Shown here one piece after another: positions 16,866-20,896 of a stretch of 20,896 nt of DNA (positions within the stretch are counted from its first letter, which is position 1; each line of letters starts with the position of its first letter). Position numbers and translations under genes: made by a program. This DNA comes from a bacterium (GTDB lineage Bacteria; Zixibacteria; MSB-5A5; GN15; FEB-12), in contig JBDRNJ010000029.1 of the NCBI GenBank assembly GCA_043811375.1, forward strand, positions 1-20,896. The letters are read 5' to 3'. Below the pieces are notes generated by a model that saw nothing but the letters and a program-made list of their open reading frames with translations, had not been told where the DNA came from and made no database searches.

Positions 16866-17348
16866 TTATATGCGTGTCGTAGCGTATCGGCGATACAGGA
16901 CAACGGCGCCACCACCTAACAGCAGCAGCATCAACCCCGCCAGGCTCCAATCAGAATGACTCGGTACGGCTCCCAAGGCTCTAATCTGGCAGGAAGGATC
17001 GCACACAAACCGGAATTGGTACTGAGCGAAACAAAGGACGCCCTGGCAGATTTCCACTTTCAGGCCGGCCGTGCCCCCACCTTCGCAGTTCATGGCCACG
17101 CTGGCGGCATCATCAGGGCCGGTGAGCTCGGGGGCGGCATCAAGGTAGACGCAGCCATGCTCATCTACAATACTGATATGGTAAATCAGACCTGCGCCAC
17201 CACCCGAAATGGAATAGTCCAGTGACTGTGTTGTCTCATTAAACTCACAGGTGGCTGTAACCGCTGCTGTTGCTGAACCAGCCAGTAGGCCAAAAGCGGC
17301 CAACAGCAGAAGTGCACAGGTCATCGTTCTACATCGACACATGCTCAA
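16866..17348 (-). CDS. Small Cys-rich secreted protein with IPTL-CTERM-like sorting signal
   Basis: N-terminal signal peptide. The C-terminus is AVPSHSDWSLAGLMLLLLGGGAVVL followed by YRR (motif, TM helix, basic tail). GGAG RBS upstream. Confidence 0.78.
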   Translation of the reverse strand: MSMCRCRTMTCALLLLAAFGLLAGSATAAVTATCEFNETTQSLDYSISGGGAGLIYHISIVDEHGCVYLDAAPELTGPDDAASVAMNCEGGGTAGLKVEICQGVLCFAQYQFRFVCDPSCQIRALGAVPSHSDWSLAGLMLLLLGGGAVVLYRRYATTRI

Positions 17349-17607
17349 ACCTCTCTTTCTCCAGTGAAAGTCACGCGATAAATACCATTGTATATCAAGA
17401 AGTTACCTTTGTCGAACCGAGTTGTCCGCGACAGTGTAGTATCCTGGAAATGTAACACGCCTGAATCTATATGTAGAATACTCCCAAAGACCGATTTGGT
17501 CAAGCTAAAAAGCAGCCCGACGCTTGAGTCGATTCGCCTCAAAATACGACTACCACCCACGACTGAGTCACCGGCTCACAAGGAATCCGCAAAATCGATT
17601 CTACTGA

Positions 17608-17636
17608 TTGACAAATATGGGTCCAAGTTATACATT
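17608..17636 (+). promoter_or_regulatory. sigma70-type promoter upstream of the act operon
   Basis: TTGACA (17608-17613), a 17-nt spacer, then TACATT (17631-17636). Confidence 0.6.
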
Positions 17637-17987
17637 CTCTCCAGAATTGGCGGACGGCCGCTCGAGCTCATAGCCAGTCGGCCGGTGGCGACCCGTCTTA
17701 TTTGTTGAGGTTTACTGGTTGGACGCCCACCTTGTGGTCGCTGGCAAGATTGGTCGGGGCAGTTACGGAAAACTTGCTTGACCGATGGGAAGCTTTGTTA
17801 GGTCGACGTGTTTTGGTGGCATAACGGCTCGATCTAGTGTGAGCAGAGACAAAGAGGATATGATCTGGACGGTATTCGAATTTCCATTTTATATTTGATT
17901 GCGCTTATTTTTGCGCTCATAGTAGATAAGTCTCCGAAACCCTTGACCGAGCAGTCAGGATTGGGTTTGACTTAAAGGGACCGACGA

Positions 17988-18635
17988 TTGGCTCAGATAT
18001 TTCCAAAGTGGTTTAACAAGTTGCCGGCTATATTCGTCCTCGGCAAGATACTCTTTGCCGCTTTGGTAGTGGGCGTTATATGGTATTACTTCTCTCCCTG
18101 GTACACCGATGTCGGCTATCGTCCGGAGCAACCGCTGGCCTATAGTCACAAACTGCACGCCGACGACCTGGGGCTGGATTGCCGTTACTGCCACAACTTT
18201 GTGGAGCTTTCACCGCATGCCAATATCCCGCCGACGCAAACGTGCATGAATTGCCACAAAATTATCTTTGCCGACAGCACCAGCATCAAACCGCTGGTTG
18301 AGAGTTTTGCCCTCAAGCAGCCTATCGAGTGGGTACGAGTTCACAAACTACCGGACTACGCCTATTTCAATCATGCCGCTCACCTGGCGGCCGGCGTGGG
18401 TTGCGTAAGCTGCCACGGCCAGATAGACAAAATGCCGGTAGTCACGCAGCAGCAGCCGCTGTCGATGTCGTGGTGTCTGGATTGCCATCGCGATCCGGCC
18501 CCGCACCTGAGACCGGTCGATCAAATTACCAATATGGCCTGGGTGCCGTCGGACAAGCATCAAGAGTGGGCAACGAAGATGATTCAGGATAGAGGGGTCA
18601 ATCCTCCCGTCGATTGTTCAGGGTGTCACCGATGA
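17988..18635 (+). CDS. actA: Alternative complex III pentaheme cytochrome c subunit
   Basis: N-terminal TM helix and five CxxCH motifs (CRYCH, CMNCH, CVSCH, CLDCH, CSGCH). Also PEQPLAYSHKLH and WVRVHKLPDYAYFNH. TTG start with AGGGA RBS. Confidence 0.93.
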   Translation: MAQIFPKWFNKLPAIFVLGKILFAALVVGVIWYYFSPWYTDVGYRPEQPLAYSHKLHADDLGLDCRYCHNFVELSPHANIPPTQTCMNCHKIIFADSTSIKPLVESFALKQPIEWVRVHKLPDYAYFNHAAHLAAGVGCVSCHGQIDKMPVVTQQQPLSMSWCLDCHRDPAPHLRPVDQITNMAWVPSDKHQEWATKMIQDRGVNPPVDCSGCHR

Positions 18636-20896
18636 CGATCAGAAACGACAAGAGAGCCCGCCACTACTGGCGCAGCCTGAGTGAACTCAGCGACAGCGAA
18701 GACTTTCGTCGGGAAGATCGCCGCGGGCACCACGACGCCCACAGCTCCGAGCGAACCGAACTCGACAGGCGTAGTTTCCTGACCCTGATGGGGGCCTCGA
18801 TGGCCCTGGCCGGACTGGCTGGTTGCAGGCGGCCGATCGAGAAAATCGTACCCTATGTGGATCAGCCGGAGAATGTGATTCCCGGAGTACCCAAATTCTA
18901 CGCCACAACTATGCCGCGAGGCAATTCGGCCCTGGGGTTGATTGTCGAGACACACGAAGGGCGCCCCACCAAGATCGAGGGCAATCCTGGACATCCGGCA
19001 TCCCGCGGTTCGACCGACTTTTTTGCCCAAGCTGAAATCCTGGCGCTGTATGACCCGGATCGCTCGCGCTCACCATATTTGAATGGCGAGCCGGCCAAGT
19101 ACGAAGACTTCGTTAAAGGCTGGGCCGAGTTGGCCAAAACATATGAGGCGAACAATGGCCAGGGGCTGGCAATTCTGAGCGAGAGCTACGCCTGTCCCAC
19201 CCTGGCTCGTCTGCGCCGCGAGTTCGAAAAGAAAAATAAGAAAGCGTCCTGGACTGTTTTTGATCCACTCAGCAATGAGACCGAACTCGCCGCCGCCCGA
19301 GCGGTGACCGAAAAAGACGTTCGTCCGGTCTATCACGTTGATAAGGCCAAAGTGATCCTGGCCCTTGATTCCGATTTTCTGCAGCATCATCCGGACAATG
19401 TTCTCTATTCGCGTGGTTTCGCAGACGGACGCCGGGTGGAGTCGACTAAGGACGATATGAATCGCCTGTACGTGATCGAAAGCGGCCTGTCTGTCACCGG
19501 CGGCATGGCCGACCATCGGCTGCGAGTCCCGTCGAGCCGATCGGGCGGATTGGTACGGGCGCTTGCTGATCGGATGCGTAAGCCGCTCGATCTAAACGGT
19601 GCTTGGCCGCCAGCGCAGCCAAGCGGCGAGTATGAAGACTGGCTAATCGCTCTGGCCGACGATCTCCTGGCCAACCGGGGTCAGAGCCTGATAATCGTCG
19701 GCGAGCGGCAGCCGCAATGGGTGCACGAATTGGCCCTGACGCTGAACGCCAACCTTGGCAATATCGGCAGCACGATTGAACTGCGAGAGGTCGAAGATGC
19801 CGGACTGTCGAGCGTCGGCGAACTGAAGAATCTGACCGCACGGATGAAAGACGGTCAGATCAGTACGCTAATCATGCTCGGCGGCAACCCGGTTTACAAC
19901 GCTCCGGCAGATATGGGATTTGCCACGGCTCTCAAAAAAGTGAAGACCACTGTCCATTTGAGTTCGCATCGTGACGAAACCTCCAAGGCTGTGAACTGGC
20001 ATTTGCCGCGTGCGCATTTCCTGGAAAGTTGGTCCGACTGCCGGGCTGTCGACGGCACCATGAGCCTGGTCCAGCCGATGATCGAGCCGCTGCACCAGGG
20101 ACATACCTGCATTGAGCTGCTGAGTACATTGCTGACCGGAACTGACACTCGCGGTCACGAACCGGTAAAGGAAACCTGGAAGAAAATCCTCAAGGGCAAC
20201 GACTACGAGTTTGACAAGCGCTGGCGGAAGGTCCTGCACGACGGCTGGCTGCCTGAAAGTGAATCGGATACCGAGAAGTATAGACAGCGTAAATCCATAG
20301 AAGATATCATCGCGCAAGCCCCCAATACAATCCCTGAGCCAACGGCGGAACGGCTTGAAATAGGATTCTACGAGTCAAACCTTGGGGACGGCCGCTACGC
20401 CAACAATGGCTGGCTGCAGGAACTGCCGGACTCCGTCAGCAAGCTGGCCTGGGACAATGCCGCTCTGCTTTCACCGGCAACGGCTGGAGCGTTGAATGTC
20501 GTCAATGGTGATGTTGTCCAACTGAACGCTGCCGGTCGCACTATTGAGTCTCCGGTCTGGATTCAACCGGGCGTGACTGACAACACGGTCTCCTTGTGGC
20601 TTGGCTACGGTCGTTCGGCCGCCGGTCGCGTGGGGGACAACGTTGGGGGCGATGTCTACCCGCTGCGAACCACCGACGGCATGTATTTCGTAACGGGCGC
20701 CTCGCTGACCAAAACCGACCGCTCGCGCGTGCTGGCCAATACTCAGGATCATTCCCGCATGGAGGGGCGGCCAATTGTTCGCGAGGCCTCTTTGGATGAG
20801 TACCAAGAACACCCGGAGTTTGCCCGCGACATGGTTGAGCATCCGCCCCTAAAGTCGATCTACCCGGATTATGATTACAGCCGGGGCTACCAGTGG
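18632..20896 (+). CDS. actB: Alternative complex III subunit B (TAT-variant molybdopterin-oxidoreductase-like; 3'-truncated by window edge)
   Basis: Absent from the ORF track because it has no stop in the window. ATG overlaps the actA stop (ATGA). It translates as MTIRNDKRARHYWRSLSEL...DRRSFLTLMGASMALAGLAGCRRPIEKIVPYV, later EGRPTKIEGNPGHP and DGRYANNGWLQELPD, and ends GYQW at the edge. Confidence 0.93.
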   Translation, partial: MTIRNDKRARHYWRSLSELSDSEDFRREDRRGHHDAHSSERTELDRRSFLTLMGASMALAGLAGCRRPIEKIVPYVDQPENVIPGVPKFYATTMPRGNSALGLIVETHEGRPTKIEGNPGHPASRGSTDFFAQAEILALYDPDRSRSPYLNGEPAKYEDFVKGWAELAKTYEANNGQGLAILSESYACPTLARLRREFEKKNKKASWTVFDPLSNETELAAARAVTEKDVRPVYHVDKAKVILALDSDFLQHHPDNVLYSRGFADGRRVESTKDDMNRLYVIESGLSVTGGMADHRLRVPSSRSGGLVRALADRMRKPLDLNGAWPPAQPSGEYEDWLIALADDLLANRGQSLIIVGERQPQWVHELALTLNANLGNIGSTIELREVEDAGLSSVGELKNLTARMKDGQISTLIMLGGNPVYNAPADMGFATALKKVKTTVHLSSHRDETSKAVNWHLPRAHFLESWSDCRAVDGTMSLVQPMIEPLHQGHTCIELLSTLLTGTDTRGHEPVKETWKKILKGNDYEFDKRWRKVLHDGWLPESESDTEKYRQRKSIEDIIAQAPNTIPEPTAERLEIGFYESNLGDGRYANNGWLQELPDSVSKLAWDNAALLSPATAGALNVVNGDVVQLNAAGRTIESPVWIQPGVTDNTVSLWLGYGRSAAGRVGDNVGGDVYPLRTTDGMYFVTGASLTKTDRSRVLANTQDHSRMEGRPIVREASLDEYQEHPEFARDMVEHPPLKSIYPDYDYSRGYQW

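Noticed and set aside
17895..17908. FNR box upstream of actA
   Set aside because: Only the TTGAT half-site is present; the ATCAA half is missing.
18626..20842. Numerous short ORFs listed in the track
   Set aside because: All overlap the continuous actB frame starting at 18632, which the track missed because it lacks a stop in the window.

Overview
This 20.9-kb window falls into two parts. Its protein types (T9SS/FlgD-like C-terminal domain, dockerin-like tail, IPTL-CTERM-like tail, ACIII) resemble candidate phylum Zixibacteria or related FCB-group bacteria, which is an inference. The left ~13.2 kb looks like an accessory island. It holds the 3' end of a secreted-protein gene, then a ribbon-helix-helix regulator divergent from a serine recombinase gene. 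That recombinase is split at codon 12 by a complete 2500-bp IS21 (istA-istB, terminal IRs, 6-bp TCCAGG target duplication). Next come a 1175-aa thrombospondin type-3 repeat/dockerin-like surface protein and six envelope or membrane cargo genes. The block ends at a duplicated tRNA 3' end (13215-13235, att-like). A second tRNA-Ser(GCT)-like fragment (759-781) and an imperfect inverted repeat (728-747 / 13100-13119) suggest a nested ~12.4-kb sub-element. The right part looks like host backbone: a TonB-dependent receptor + YfiR pair lacking its usual signalling partner, an IPTL-CTERM-like protein, and the start of an alternative complex III operon (actA, partial actB) behind a long structured leader. 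No CRISPR array, rRNA or complete tRNA was seen.
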